DNA from: Camelus dromedarius | Taxonomy: Eukaryota | DNA: 64,000 nt | Direction: 5' to 3' | Assembly (NCBI RefSeq): GCF_036321535.1 | Contig: NC_087436.1 | Span: forward strand, 47,122,001 to 47,186,000 | Part shown: positions 1 through 12,093 of the stretch, piece after piece | Numbering within the stretch: the stretch's first letter is position 1 | Layout: each line of letters begins with the position of its first letter | Position numbers and translations under genes: made by a program | The notes under the pieces: generated by a model | What the model saw: only the letters and a program-made list of their open reading frames with translations | What the model was told of the DNA's origin: nothing | The model's database searches: none

Positions 1-1217
1 CTGGTTGGGAGGGTATGAAATTAATATCCTTCCCCTCAAAATATATTTTTATACTTTTTAACATTGTAAGAACTACGCGATGACAGGATTTTCTCACAGG
101 CAAATAACAAGCATCCTGTATTTTTGCAAATGGTACATTTAGCAAAGCATCATTATTTAATCAAATATTTGTATTTTTCCCATGCCTCCTTAATTTTTAA
201 AAATTTCTTTCTGAGGTATTACAAATCTAATCAGAGTCCCTTCTTTCCTTCCTAGATGAAGGAATTAATTGTACAGGCTGTGATGAAAGACCTGAGAATG
301 TTGTTTTTGTTGAATTAAATGTTTACTTTAAAACAGTTTGAAAAGCAAAAAGTTCTAAAGCATATCTAAATTTATCCAAAGAGTTTGTTGAAAGTACTGT
401 CTTTATTTTATTTTTCTTGCACGGCAGTTTCCCTCCTTTGTGTTGGGTGGTGGTGGATATTTTAAGACTTTTTTTAATGCTCTGCAAGCATACTCTGGGA
501 AAAAGCCTTTATTTTAACATGTGTTATTTTTACCTTGATGCAAAACTTTATCTTTCCCTTTAATTAAATCATTTCCCTTAATTTTGTTATCAATTTTCCA
601 TTCAGCTAGATCTCTCAAACATTTCTTTCTTTCTGTGTAGAAAATTATTTGGGATGATGTTGATGGCAAGCAACCTTATTAAATTGGGGACTGAACAAAC
701 CTTCTGCCCCATATTTTCTCAATCATTCTCTCCTGGTATTAGGAAAGATGCCAACAGGATGAGAAATGTGATGGTTTGCTTAAGGATGTAGACAGAGATT
801 TCTAAGTGTAATATCTTTAGATTTTAAAATCATTTAAAAAGCTAAATCTTAATAAAGTGTTATATTTCCAGTAATTGCTCTTACTGAAATTCTTCTCTGA
901 AAACTGCTTTGCAAGAAAAGTGACTCTTTTTTTTTTTTTTAATCCTATGGCCTAGAGCCCTCCCAGGAAAAATGCCAGATTCCACTATTAGCTTGAAAAA
1001 AAAATTCTGTTACATGGTGAATAATTATACATATTTTCCGCCTGAATACAGAAAGGAAAGAAATTAATCATCAGCCTGCTCTCACTTATAGTTAATACTC
1101 CTGTGTAGGAAGATGTGTTTTCATTCTCAGCCAGTAACAGTTAGTGGGTTGTTTCAGAATTCCATTCAGCTTTTGCTACAGCAGTACATTTTCTTTTCTT
1201 GTCTTTCCTGCTTTTAG

Positions 1218-1340
1218 GTTTTCTCATCATATGATTCCTGGTCCTCCTGGTCCCCACACAACTGGCATCCCTCATCCAGCTATTGTAACGCCTCAGGTCA
1301 AACAGGAACACCCCCACACTGACAGCGACCTAATGCACGT
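1218..1340 (+). CDS. LEF1: LEF1 internal coding exon (human exon 7 equivalent), 123 nt, (R)FSHHMIPGPPGPHTTGIPHPAIVTPQVKQEHPHTDSDLMHV
   Basis: cttttag acceptor at 1211-1217 and gtaagt donor at 1341. The peptide is the recognisable LEF1 pre-HMG region, and phase is continuous with the next exon. Confidence 0.97.
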
Positions 1341-2347
1341 GTAAGTGTGCCTCTGTTTTCACCTGCGTATGCCTTGCGGTGCTGAGGATTCAGACAACAC
1401 AGTTATTCCCTGTTGTTGAATCTTCCCCTGATTATGAAAAGCAGTATAGCTCTGCCTTGAAAGCTCTGTCCCTGAGGACGTTAAGCAGCTTGATTCCCAC
1501 TGCTCTGATTTTGGTTCTGAGATGGGGAAGGAGCACAGGCGTTAAAAGGTCAATGGAACCTCACCAAAGGGGAGTGATCTTCAGAGCTTAGGGACTGAAC
1601 AACTTGAGCTGTTTTAACCATTTACTACCAGGTTTTAATTGGGCTCTGACTGTTGGGGGAGCCCGGAGTGGAGTAGATTTTGGAGGGTTTAACGTGTTTC
1701 TTTCTGGAACTGCAGTGACCCTCCATCAAGGTTTCAAAAGCACAGAATTCAAGGGAAAGGGGCAAACCAAACCCAGGACTTCCTTTCGGGTCAGGGTTGT
1801 CTACGGCTGTTACAGCAGGGCTACATTCTCTGAAGAGATTGGTAATTGAGTTTCTTAATCTAGGGTTTGTCCTGGGATGGGAGGTTGGGATGGAGTGAGC
1901 ACGTGCCATAAAACCCCTACAATTACAGGCAAAGCCAGCATGCATTTGTTTGGGGGAGAGAGTCTGAAGTTTCATTAACCCCTCAGAGGGGCCACTAACC
2001 CAAAAAAGTGAAGAACCTCAGTTCTGGCGGAAGATTGACCACCTGCACTATGTGTTCAGCTTTTCCCACCGTGACCAAGGAGCTCGGCCTCAGGGCTCTA
2101 GATGGAGCATCTTCACAAACCCGTGCCCATGTTGTGTTAAACACTTCAGTAGCTAGAGGTGAACTTTCTTATTCACACAGAGTTGGTGACTCACTCTTCA
2201 AAGTCGATGCTGTTCTGGGGCTTGCAGAGCCCAGGGCGGTCCCCAGCCTGAGTGGGACTCGGATGTAAACAGGTGCTCTGCTTATCTCCTCCCATCTCTT
2301 CCCTGTTCGTCTACCCCTTCCCCACCCACCCCACCCCTACCTTGTAG

Positions 2348-2510
2348 GAAGCCTCAGCATGAACAGAGGAAGGAGCAGGAGCCAAAAAGACCTCACATTA
2401 AGAAGCCTCTGAATGCTTTTATGTTATACATGAAAGAAATGAGAGCGAATGTCGTAGCGGAGTGTACTCTAAAGGAAAGTGCAGCTATCAACCAGATTCT
2501 AGGCAGAAGG
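2348..2510 (+). CDS. LEF1: LEF1 exon 8 equivalent, 163 nt, N-terminal HMG box [54 protein letters not shown]
   Basis: ttgtag acceptor and gtaagt donor at 2511. Contains the TCF/LEF HMG signature [17 protein letters not shown]. Confidence 0.98.
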
Positions 2511-2693
2511 GTAAGTAGTGGGATGCTGTGTAAATAATCATGGTAACCGTGGAACTGCTTCATTAAAATCTAACCCAAGGCACTCACCTATCAGGTGGTC
2601 ATAGAATGCATTTGTATAGTCACCAGCTACTTGGGGAAGTAACAAGGAAGTAACATGATAACCTTTAGAAGTAAATGATTTAATGCATTGTAA

Positions 2694-2816
2694 GTTTATT
2701 TTTTTGGTGGGCAGGGGGAGGTAATTAGGGTTACTTTATAACAGAGGTACTGAGGATGGAACCCAGGACTTCGTGCATGCTAAGCACGCACTCTACCACT
2801 GAGCTAAACCTCCCCC
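2694..2816 (-). mobile_element. tRNA-Ala(AGC)-derived SINE, camelid Vic-1 type
   Basis: Minus strand reads GGGGGAGGTTTAGCTCAGTGGTAGAGTGCGTGCTTAGCATGCACGAAGTCCTGGGTTCCATCC, then an A-rich tail. TSD ATGCATTGTAA at 2683-2693 and 2823-2833. Confidence 0.88.
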
Positions 2817-2904
2817 TGATATATGCATTGTAAACAACTTAGATTGTACCTGGCACATAGGAAACTTCCTGGAAATGATAACTATTTTCCCTGTTATCAT
2901 TCTT

Positions 2905-3260
2905 TACACAAATATTTATTGAGTGTCATTTATGTGCCAGGCTCTGTAGTAGGCATTAGATAATTTTTCTGAGTAAAATAGATGTAGTCCTTGCCTTCAT
3001 GGAGCTTGAAGTTTTGTGACAGGATACAGCTATTAGACAAATAATTACCCAATTAAATATATAATTAAATTGTGATAAATACCGTGAATGTGAAGAGCAA
3101 GAATCTGAGAACACAGGGGGCTGAGAAGGGCCCCTCTGAGACAATAGCACTTGAGCTGAGACCTGAGAGGTGAGTGGGGAGGAAGCGGTGAGTGGGCCAG
3201 GGTGGGTGGACTCCCCCACACGGAGCAGCATGCGTGTGCAGACGCCAAAGCAGGAGAGCA
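2905..3260 (-). mobile_element. L2 3' fragment
   Basis: CAAATATTTATTGAG...TATGTGCCAGGC...CCTTGCCTTCATGGAGCTT...TTGAGCTGAGACCTGA. Confidence 0.7.
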
Positions 3261-3379
3261 CTTAGCCCACTCAGGGGGCTACAGAAAGGCCTTGCGGGGC
3301 CAGCCACGCTTCTGGAGACCCTGGCAAGCAGAGGTGGCTGCCCCTGTAAGCAGATCGTTCTACGTTGAAGCTGTAAATG

Positions 3380-3417
3380 GAAGAATTTGTATGGGCCAGA
3401 GAAGAATTTGTATGGGC
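3380..3417 (+). repeat. 17-bp direct repeat GAAGAATTTGTATGGGC, period 21
   Basis: Copies at 3380-3396 and 3401-3417. Confidence 0.9.
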
Positions 3418-4350
3418 TCTCTGATTCTTAAAGTGTACATGTGCCAACTTTCTGGGTTGCCCCTCTCTTTTTCTTTTATTGCTTCTTTCACCAACGCTGA
3501 GAGCTTGTTCTGAGCGCCTGTCCAGTACCAGGCACGGGACTGCAGTTAGAACAGACCCTCTTAGATTTCTTTATCCGGCCACCAGCCCAAAGGCTGGTCA
3601 GTCCTCCCTGGTACGTACTGAGGGTTGAGATGGGTTTATTTAGTTAGGTAGCTGAAGGGTGGAAGAAGAAAACTGAATTTTTCTAATTCAAGTAACATTT
3701 TTCTTGTAACTGCATTATAATTTCAGAAATGCCTCATCTTCCCTTGTCAGTGCTCTTCGTGTATGTGTGGTAGCCTCTTAAAATAGGACCTTGTGTATCT
3801 GTTTTTGCAGCCTCTTAAATTCATGATTTGCAAATGAATATTCAGGAGGAGGGGCTTAACAACCTTTGTGAGACTTAGAGATCATGTTTTGGCTGTTGAT
3901 GATAATTTTTATCATGTTTGTTACAAACCTAATACATTTCAGCATTTATAACAGAAAACATTCAGGAGATTTCCAGGCCATGTGAACAGATGGAGGAAAG
4001 GAGGCGTTCTTGTATTATCGATTCCTGTTGGATAGCATAAGGATGCAGCTATTTCCAATCTGCAGGACACCAGGGTTTCAGGGGTAGGGTACAGTGGCAG
4101 ATTATAGCTCTTTTGGTGCCCTGTGCACAATACTCTATCTCCCTGTGGATTCTTAAACACTTAATAACAATAATTACAATGATTTCCCAAGCGAGATCAT
4201 TGCAGATGAGTGATTCCCATCATCTTTGAAGAACTCTGCCTTAAAAGCTTAAAGGCTGATGACCATTTCCCCTGACCCTTTAAAAGAAGTCAGAGGAAAA
4301 GAAGGGTTCTTATTTCAGCTTATGTAAAACTCTTAGTTTTTTGGGGGGTT

Positions 4351-4365
4351 TTTTTGTTTGTTTTG

Positions 4366-4396
<31 letters not shown>

Positions 4397-4397
4397 T
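4351..4397 (+). repeat. (TTTTG)n-type microsatellite
   Basis: Directly visible T3-5G run. Confidence 0.85.
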
Positions 4398-5327
4398 GAA
4401 TTAAAAGTCCCTGGTCCTCCAGTGGGATTTATTTTCCTGCTCAGGAAAGTAAGGATATGATATAGATGTACGCTTCCTATTTTTAATGCATGTTTCCAAC
4501 AGTTGCTACTTTCTCAGCTCCCTTAACAATCCCCAGATCAGAGCATGTGTCCTCAAGGATGGTTCTCATTTGGGGTCTCTCTCTGTCTTTGATTTGGACA
4601 CCTGTTTCTATTTATAGGCCTCTGAGATCTTTGATTAAGATCAGGTTTTCTGTCCTTTCATAGCTCCCCTCTGGCAGGGTAGTCCTTGCTAGTTCTTTAA
4701 AGTTCCTGGCTTTAAAATCATGAAGTTTTACGCTGGGATAATTAGACTTCTTAATAGTGGAACTGAAATTCATCCTGGAACATTTTATCTTTTGATTTTT
4801 ATTCACCTTTGCTATATCTCTGGCATAGAAATGTTCATTCATATGCATGTGAATCAAAGTTTTCTTCTCTGTATTATAAATAACAGTATAAATAGTACTT
4901 TAAGCTTTTTCTTGTCAGACCTTCCAGGCTATTAGAGAAAGTCCATTTATTGGAAATTTATTGTTAGAATTTTTACATCTTGGAACTGTGTAAGTTTCTT
5001 CAAATTAAATGGGTATTTTGCTTCTGTCAGTAAGCAGAAAGGATAGAAAAGCATTTTCAGTCAATTGTGTTTCAGAAATTCCTGTAAAGAAGGACCATCT
5101 AGTTTGTATCAGACTTTATTTTTGTTTTCAATGCAAAACTTTAATGCCGTCATGTTACCTATTCTTTTACTCTGGTAAACAATGTTTTATTCTGAGTAGA
5201 GTTTGTGCATTCAAAATGCCAGGGAACTAAAAGCAACTGAAAATGCAAGTGAACAGTTTAATCTGTGGCCTGTTTTTTCCCTCTTGAATTTTGCTTAGTT
5301 TTGTTAGCTAGGGTCTTGTCAACCTGT

Positions 5328-5375
5328 TTCCTGCTATAACTGAAAAATTCCTGCTATAACTGAAAAATTCCTGCT
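5328..5375 (+). repeat. Perfect 20-bp tandem duplication (TTCCTGCTATAACTGAAAAA x2.4)
   Basis: Copies at 5328-5347 and 5348-5367, with a partial copy at 5368-5375. Confidence 0.92.
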
Positions 5376-7608
5376 TGTTTAACTGGTTGTTTGGGTAAAA
5401 AACCCAACCTCCATATGTATTTTTGGAGATAGTTTTCTTTACAATTCCCAGTTTTCTCAGCAAGTTATAAAGCTGTCATAATCATATGAAATTTTACTTT
5501 AAATTACTCAATTTTTTATATTATAAAAATATACTTATATATAAATATAAAATATATTTTGCAATAATATGACAGATTAGCAAATGAATAAATTTACAAA
5601 GTAGGTCACATCTTTTTCCCCTTTAGTCTCCTTTTTTGTTCCTTTTTAGTAATGCTTTGCTGCTTGCCAATCACATTAGCACCAGAACTGTCTAAATGTT
5701 AATAGTCAGTCTTTTCTCAAAAAAAAAGAAGAAAGTGTAGGCTGATATTTTCTACTGTGCCCACCTTGGCTTATTCTCCCTGCGATGGTCTCTAGCACCA
5801 GGTCCAGGACTCAGATTTAGAAAAGCTGTCAGTTGACAGAAGCAGTGTGACTTTTCCTGCCTCAACGTCCACTGCTCCCCAGGAGTGGCTTCTAAGGTAC
5901 GACTTGACTGTGATTACTCTGCTGATACAAAGAACTGTGTCTCAGGTAACTCAGGTTACTTTTTCAGAGTTTTTTTTCTTGCCACCTCATCTCCCTCAAC
6001 TTTTTTTTTTTTTTTTTTTTTAAGAAAAGCACATTACCTGATTTGCTTTAGGCTCTTAACTTTACAGTCTGCACTTCTAAAGCAATTAGAAATGAAATCA
6101 TTTACCCTACCCGACACAGAGGCCCTGGCTTCCACGGAGCTTTCTGAAGGAAATGGACTCCGCCCCCACCGCGTCCGGAGTTTTGGGGAGGGTGGGTGCA
6201 GCCCAGGGCGCTGTCTGCTCTTCTCAAGACCAGGTTCTGGTTCTCTTAACAGACAAGAGCAGCAGGTGTTGTCTCCTTGAGGCCGCGCTCTAGGGGCCGC
6301 GTCCAGGCTGAGGACACAGACAGAGCCTCCGCCACGGCAGCCTTTCTTTCTCGTCAGCCTGTCTCCCTTCCTGCTCCTTCCTTCCCCCAATCCAACTACA
6401 CCTTTCTTTTCTTTTGGATTTATCATTTTTGAAAACAAGAACAAAATTAAAATCATCGTGGAGGGTAGACATGAGAAAGAATCACTCAGCTTTTAATGGG
6501 AAAGAAGAGAAATGGGCAGCAACACGCCCCAGGGCTGGGAGAGCTGGAGTGGGAGCCAGGCTGACCTAGAGTGTGCGTGCATGCGTGCGTGTGTGTACAC
6601 TCACGCAGGTGTGCGTGGTGTGGGCTCAGGTCCACTCCTCCTGCAGCCATTGCCTCTGTGCTGTCACCTCTGGCCAGCGGGTCCCCCACGGTGCAGCCAG
6701 TTCTCGGGGGTTCTGACGACAGAGAGAAGGGAAGTAGGGAACGTACTTGAAAACTGCCCATTGAGGACGTGGGGCAAGTTGTGTGCAAACACACAAAGTG
6801 CAAATTACAGGCTGCGGAAGATCCCAGATGGTGCCTTGCCTACATGAGCTGTTTTGCTCTGTAAGATATACATCAGTCACGTAAAGGGAAATGGAAAGTT
6901 TGCAGGGAGTCAGCTGCTCCATTCTCCAAATTAGACCTGCAAGTCTCAAATTCTAGATAGCAAAATAAACTTAGATCCTGCTTCTTGCTTTCAATCAGAA
7001 GGAAGCTATAAACATAGCCATAAACTGTGCATGAGTGATTGTACAGTGTTATGAGTGTTCTTCCCTTTGAACAATGAGTGTTTAAATAAGTGTGAGGGGA
7101 GGGTGAAGAGACTGAGGCAGACTGACTTCTGCTGCTATAGACAGCATCATGTGATGAAGGTTTCAGACTATTCATATGACAGAGAGGGCCAGGATGTATC
7201 CGTGTGGAAGAAACCTTTGGACATGAGCTTATTTGCGTAAATAAATGATGCTTGGGCTCCGGTGTTGGCCTATGCTACAATCTATGAAAAAGGGCCACGT
7301 TGGGTGTTGAGTCTCACCAGTGAACATTCACTTCCATTTGTGTTGGAGAAGAGAAGGGGTGAGTGACAGGCCATTTCACACTACAGGTTTCATGTAATAT
7401 GAGAACAGGATAGAGAAACCAAAGTTTGAGTCTCACTCCAGCCACCAGACTCCAGCTGGATTTCGGCAACACGTGGTTCTGCCATTTAAAAATAAATCAA
7501 AGTTTATATGCTTAATATTTTTATTCTTCAGTGTTTAAAATATGGACTATGTAATACTGTTACTATTTTGCTTTTACTTGATTTTCCCTCTTCCCCTCTC
7601 TGTTTCAG

Positions 7609-7716
7609 TGGCACGCCCTCTCCCGTGAAGAACAGGCTAAATATTATGAATTAGCACGGAAGGAGAGACAGCTCCACATGCAGCTCTACCCAGGCTGGTC
7701 GGCCAGAGACAACTAC
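7609..7716 (+). CDS. LEF1: LEF1 exon 9 equivalent, 108 nt, C-terminal HMG box [36 protein letters not shown]
   Basis: Long pyrimidine tract with tttcag acceptor and gtaagt donor at 7717. Canonical TCF/LEF peptide. Confidence 0.98.
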
Positions 7717-8049
7717 GTAAGTGCCTCCCGCCCACCAGCCGCTCTCCCCTCACTCGTGCTCTTTCTTGCTCTTTTCAAGGAAGTGTGTTGTAGGGTATAT
7801 CTAATGCTGGCGCTGTTTCCTATTTTTGAAAGTTAATGAACTTTATAATAAAGATTTCATGGATCTATTGAATTTTGAAAGCTTTGAGCTGTCATAATTT
7901 TTTTTATTGGCTATAAGTGCTACTGAATTTTTTTAAGTAAAATTTTTTAATCCCCCCCCGTAAATACTTTATATTAAAGTGTTGGTAAAAAAAGGTCTTA
8001 TTAAAAGCCCATAATCTTATCATGTGAAGGCAGCATAGTAATAACTAAT

Positions 8050-8590
8050 TACACTACCTTTCAGTATTTTTTCTATGCATGTGTTTTTATTTTTCACTTG
8101 GATATAAGTGGGTGAGTTGGTGGGTGAGTGTATACACACTTTTGTGTTGTGCTGCTTGCTCATATAATATGCATTTTTCTGTTGTGACATAGTGTTTCTA
8201 TACATCAGTGTTAACAATACAATTCTATACAATATTTCTATACAATACAAATATTCAGATATACAGATATATAAATATTCTATACAATATTTCATTGAGT
8301 GAATGTCACAATTTACTTATTTTTTTCCTGCTTTTAGACATTTTCTTCCTACTTTTTTTATAATCAGAAATAATCCTGCAATGAACTAACTGCGTAACAG
8401 TTTTTTCTATATCTAGGACTTATTTTTGTAGGATAGATTCAACTGGTGATTGTTGAGTAAAGGAGATAAATATTTTAAAGGTTCTTGATACATACCATCA
8501 AATTGCTTTCCAAAATGACTATATTATTTTACAGTTCTTTTACAATGTATTTAAATGACCGTTTTGCCGTAGACTACTCAGAACTAGATA
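8050..8590 (-). mobile_element. Highly decayed LINE-1 (L1ME-like) fragment
   Basis: AT-rich, with CAAATTGCTTTCCAAAA and TAGGATAGATTC motifs typical of reverse-strand L1ME 3' regions. Confidence 0.5.
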
Positions 8591-9284
8591 AAAAAATTTG
8601 TTTGTTTCATATTAATGCACCCTGATGTCTATTATATATTTTATTCAGATGGAGTAGGTATTATCATATTTTTTAAGTTGTACTGATTTTATTGGCAAAA
8701 AAACCCACATCATTTATATTACTGAACATCTTACTCATGTAGTCTTGATATAGCAAACACTTTCTGAGAAAAAATATAAATGATATTAGTTTTATCATAT
8801 TGTATAGAGAGGAGTGATTTTGATTATTTAGGCTCTTAATTTTAAAAACTGAAGATCATTTTCATGTTCCTTGTGAGACGAGCATTCAGAGTGCCAGCCA
8901 GGACAGTCTTCATGTGAAATGGAATTGTCCCTTTTAAAGAGGGCAAGGTGAAGCCATAAGTAAGTCAATACGTCAGTTAGTGTGTGGCCCTTGCTGTAGA
9001 GGGTCCACGGGGCTGCATGTGCGAGATCATACATCCCATGTAACGAGGCACCTAGACTTTTGGAATACATTCGTTTCCCGTAACGTGCTCTGAGTCACTA
9101 CTGGTCAGGATTTGGAGCTTAAACGCTGGATGTACAATTGTGACGTGGAAGTAAGGGTCCTGCTGTTTGTCACTTGTGAGCAGCAGGTTCGTCAGCTCTC
9201 CTGGATTGTTGTTTTGGTTACTTAATAACTACCATATGCCGATTGTCAAGAACTGTCTTAAACGCTGTTATTTTCTAATTCTTA

Positions 9285-9425
9285 TAATAAACCAGTGGCA
9301 TAAGTAGCATTACATTTTACAGATGAGGGAAATGGAAAGGACCAGAGATTGAGTAATTTGTCCAGGGCCAAGTAGTGGCTAAACTGCAGGTGACACCCAG
9401 GCCCCCTGACTTCACAATCTGTGCA
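9285..9425 (-). mobile_element. MIR SINE fragment. Further weak MIR pieces near 21080-21200, 22250-22430, 32690-32860, 51300-51470 and 56170-56340.
   Basis: CATTTTACAGATGAGG...GAGTAATTTGTCCAGGGCCA MIR core. Confidence 0.6.
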
Positions 9426-10379
9426 CGTTCCCTCCTCCAGGCAGACCAGCTCAGTCTTCCACGGCCTTCTTAGGAACACTGCTTTAGTTGAGTTTTCTCC
9501 CTGAACTGGGCTTCTGTTCTCTGGGCAGTAATTAGCATTATGTGGATAGAGCCTCTGCGGTGCCCTTTAAGTGGGAAGATCAGTCAGTTCCCTACCTGAA
9601 GGGTTTCAGAAGTGGCCTCCTCAAACCCTGTCCTGGGTCTGTTGGACCTGGTCAGTGTTGTCTTCTAAGGGAGAATGGCTTCCTTCTTTGATGCCTGGGA
9701 GAGCTTTGCTGTGCGGTGAATCTGCATAGACTGAGCATTGCATGCTGAAGTTTCTATTTCTGACCCTTAAGGAAAGGAGTGAGCTTTACTTTTAAAAAGA
9801 GATAAACACCTCTCTCTATCTCTCTCTCATTCTTTCCCCTTTTCTCCATGTGGAGAGTGGGAAGAAAGTAGTTTTAAAGAAAACCAGTGTAATGTGACTT
9901 TACCCTTAAAGATTTTCCTTTTTAAAACTTTCAAAGGAAATTGCATAACTTGATTTTAGGATCCCTTTGAATGGAGGGGAAATCCAGCTTTGTTATATAC
10001 AGTTTTGATAATAATCAAAATAAGCCTCTTAATTACTAAGGCAAACAAAAGTCAATCAAATGGTAGCACTTTAGCTAAAGATATTAGTGTGTTTTTAAAA
10101 TAAGGGTACAGGAATAGAGTCCAAACAAGGTACATGCTCTGTATCTTGTAAATGAGATACTAGCATTTATTTGTCAGGATGCTATCCTCATGTGCTCACT
10201 GAGAGTGTATTAAATATGTATCTCAATGGTTTAATATGAAAATGCCCTATTCTATGGCATCATAGATTTTATAACTTCAATTTGTTTTTATAACTTTCAT
10301 TTTTCATAACAGAAGTTTTCATAAATCAACAGTGCATGTATTTTCTCAGGTGAGATCAGCCAACTACTTAGAGCTCTTA

Positions 10380-10518
10380 TTTAGTTTTTTGTTTTTGTTT
10401 GGGGAGGGTAATTAGGTTTATTTTTTAAATGGACGTACTGGGGATTGAACTTAGGACCTCATGCATGCTAAGCACACACTCTACCACTGAGCTATACTCC
10501 CCCCCCCCCACCACCACC
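10380..10518 (-). mobile_element. tRNA-Ala-derived SINE, Vic-1 type
   Basis: Same A-box/B-box head and tail. TSD CTTAGAGCT(C/T)TTA at 10367-10379 and 10519-10531. Confidence 0.88.
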
Positions 10519-12044
10519 CTTAGAGCTTTTAAATGTAGTGCTGAAAACCCCTGGACTATATATAATTTAAATGAAAATTTTGTGCATGTTTACCACACAT
10601 GAATTTTGTTTTTGTGTAAGTTGACATATCCAGACTCCTTAGGTCCTTTTGTCTACCTTAAATGTAAGTTGTCTTGAAGCACTGGTTTATATCCAGAATA
10701 TAGCCCCTCATAAAGGCAGCATCAGCCGGACACCTCCGGCCACAGTCACGTGCCCCAGGCACGTCTGGGTGGCAGAGACGTGCTGAGACGCGGGCGGTGC
10801 GCGTGTGAGCTGACAGCCATGTGGAGAGGGGCCCCGGGACGCAGCCCGTCATGGTGCCTGTGAGGAGCTAGGTTACAGTGATGAGCTCTGCCTGGGGGTG
10901 CGGCGGGGTGACGCAGAGAAGGCTCCTGGAGCAAATGACACTTGAGATGAGTCTTGAAGGGCAAATGGGAGCTAGGAGGAGAAAATGAGGATGAAGGTTC
11001 TAGACACATGGAACCTTATTGCACCTTCTGAAAAGCACAGTCACTGTATTTGAAAGGAAGACAGCAGTGCCCGTGAGAAGCGTGCTCTCCCTCTGTCGGC
11101 TGCCCTCCTCCTGGCGTGCCTTAATACTCTTGAAGACCACTCCATATTTTTGACATGCTGCTTCCCAAGGTCACTAGTATCTGCTGTTTGCCTTAGTGTT
11201 TGTGAGAACAGTTTCAGTCAACTTGCCAAAGACATAAAGCCTCAATGGTCCGGTCATGTGACATGAAGAAAAAATACTTCGAGGTGCTGAAAATATATAC
11301 TTAAATATATTCCCACAGTATACTCAATATAATCTTACGGTTTTATTTTTTGTTATTGGTTAATGTGGTTATCACTGCAGACATAAGATAGAGATATTGG
11401 ATGTGATATGTGTTCTGTTACACTTGTTTGAAACGACCATGGGACCAAACATTGTAAAATTGTGATTAAGATGATTTTGAAATGAGGCACATTCATGTTA
11501 TTGTGTCTGTTTTAAGAACAAGATTCTTAACTGCCAGAAATGTCTTCAAAATTATCTTTTTGAGTTTTCTCAGGTTCTGCCTGAACATTTCTACTGCTGC
11601 CCTTTGTTATCATGCCTATGCCCTGGGGGCCAAGGGTCCTCAGTTAACATTATGGACTTTTAATTAGATGGTGGAATCCACAGGAAGGGAGATTTATCAT
11701 GAACACTACCAGAGGTGGGCTCTAAGTTTGGTGGTTAGAAATAAAAGGAATGCCTGCTTAAGTGGGCTTTCCTTGAAGGGGGTTCTGTGGCCACAGCCCT
11801 AGGACATCATTAACCTAATGTGTGTATGAGACCACTGCTAGCGTCCGCACTAACCATGTTAAATATGAAGTGGTAGAGACAAGGGTCACAGAGAAGAATT
11901 CTCGCTCGCTCTTTTGCTCTCTGCTTCTAGGTACAGGTGGGGAGATAATGAGACAACTTGACCTCTTGGTTGACCACCTGCCTGTCCTTTGTATCCCATT
12001 CACAGTACAGTCTCTAACATGACGATGTGCCTGTCTTCTTGCAG

Positions 12045-12093
12045 GGTAAGAAAAAGAAGAGGAAGAGAGAGAAACTGCAGGAATCTACATCAG
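12045..12093 (+). CDS. LEF1: LEF1 exon 10 equivalent, 49 nt, basic tail/NLS GKKKKRKREKLQESTS(G)
   Basis: cttcttgcag acceptor and gtaggc donor at 12094; in frame with the previous exon. Confidence 0.97.

Noticed and set aside
1..1217. LEF1 alternative exon 6 or earlier exons
   Set aside because: No matching peptide seen; the region is AT-rich intron.
8215..8295. Repeated TTCTATACAATA units and the 91-aa Tyr/Ile-rich ORF at 8020-8295
   Set aside because: Low-complexity expansion inside a decayed L1 fragment.
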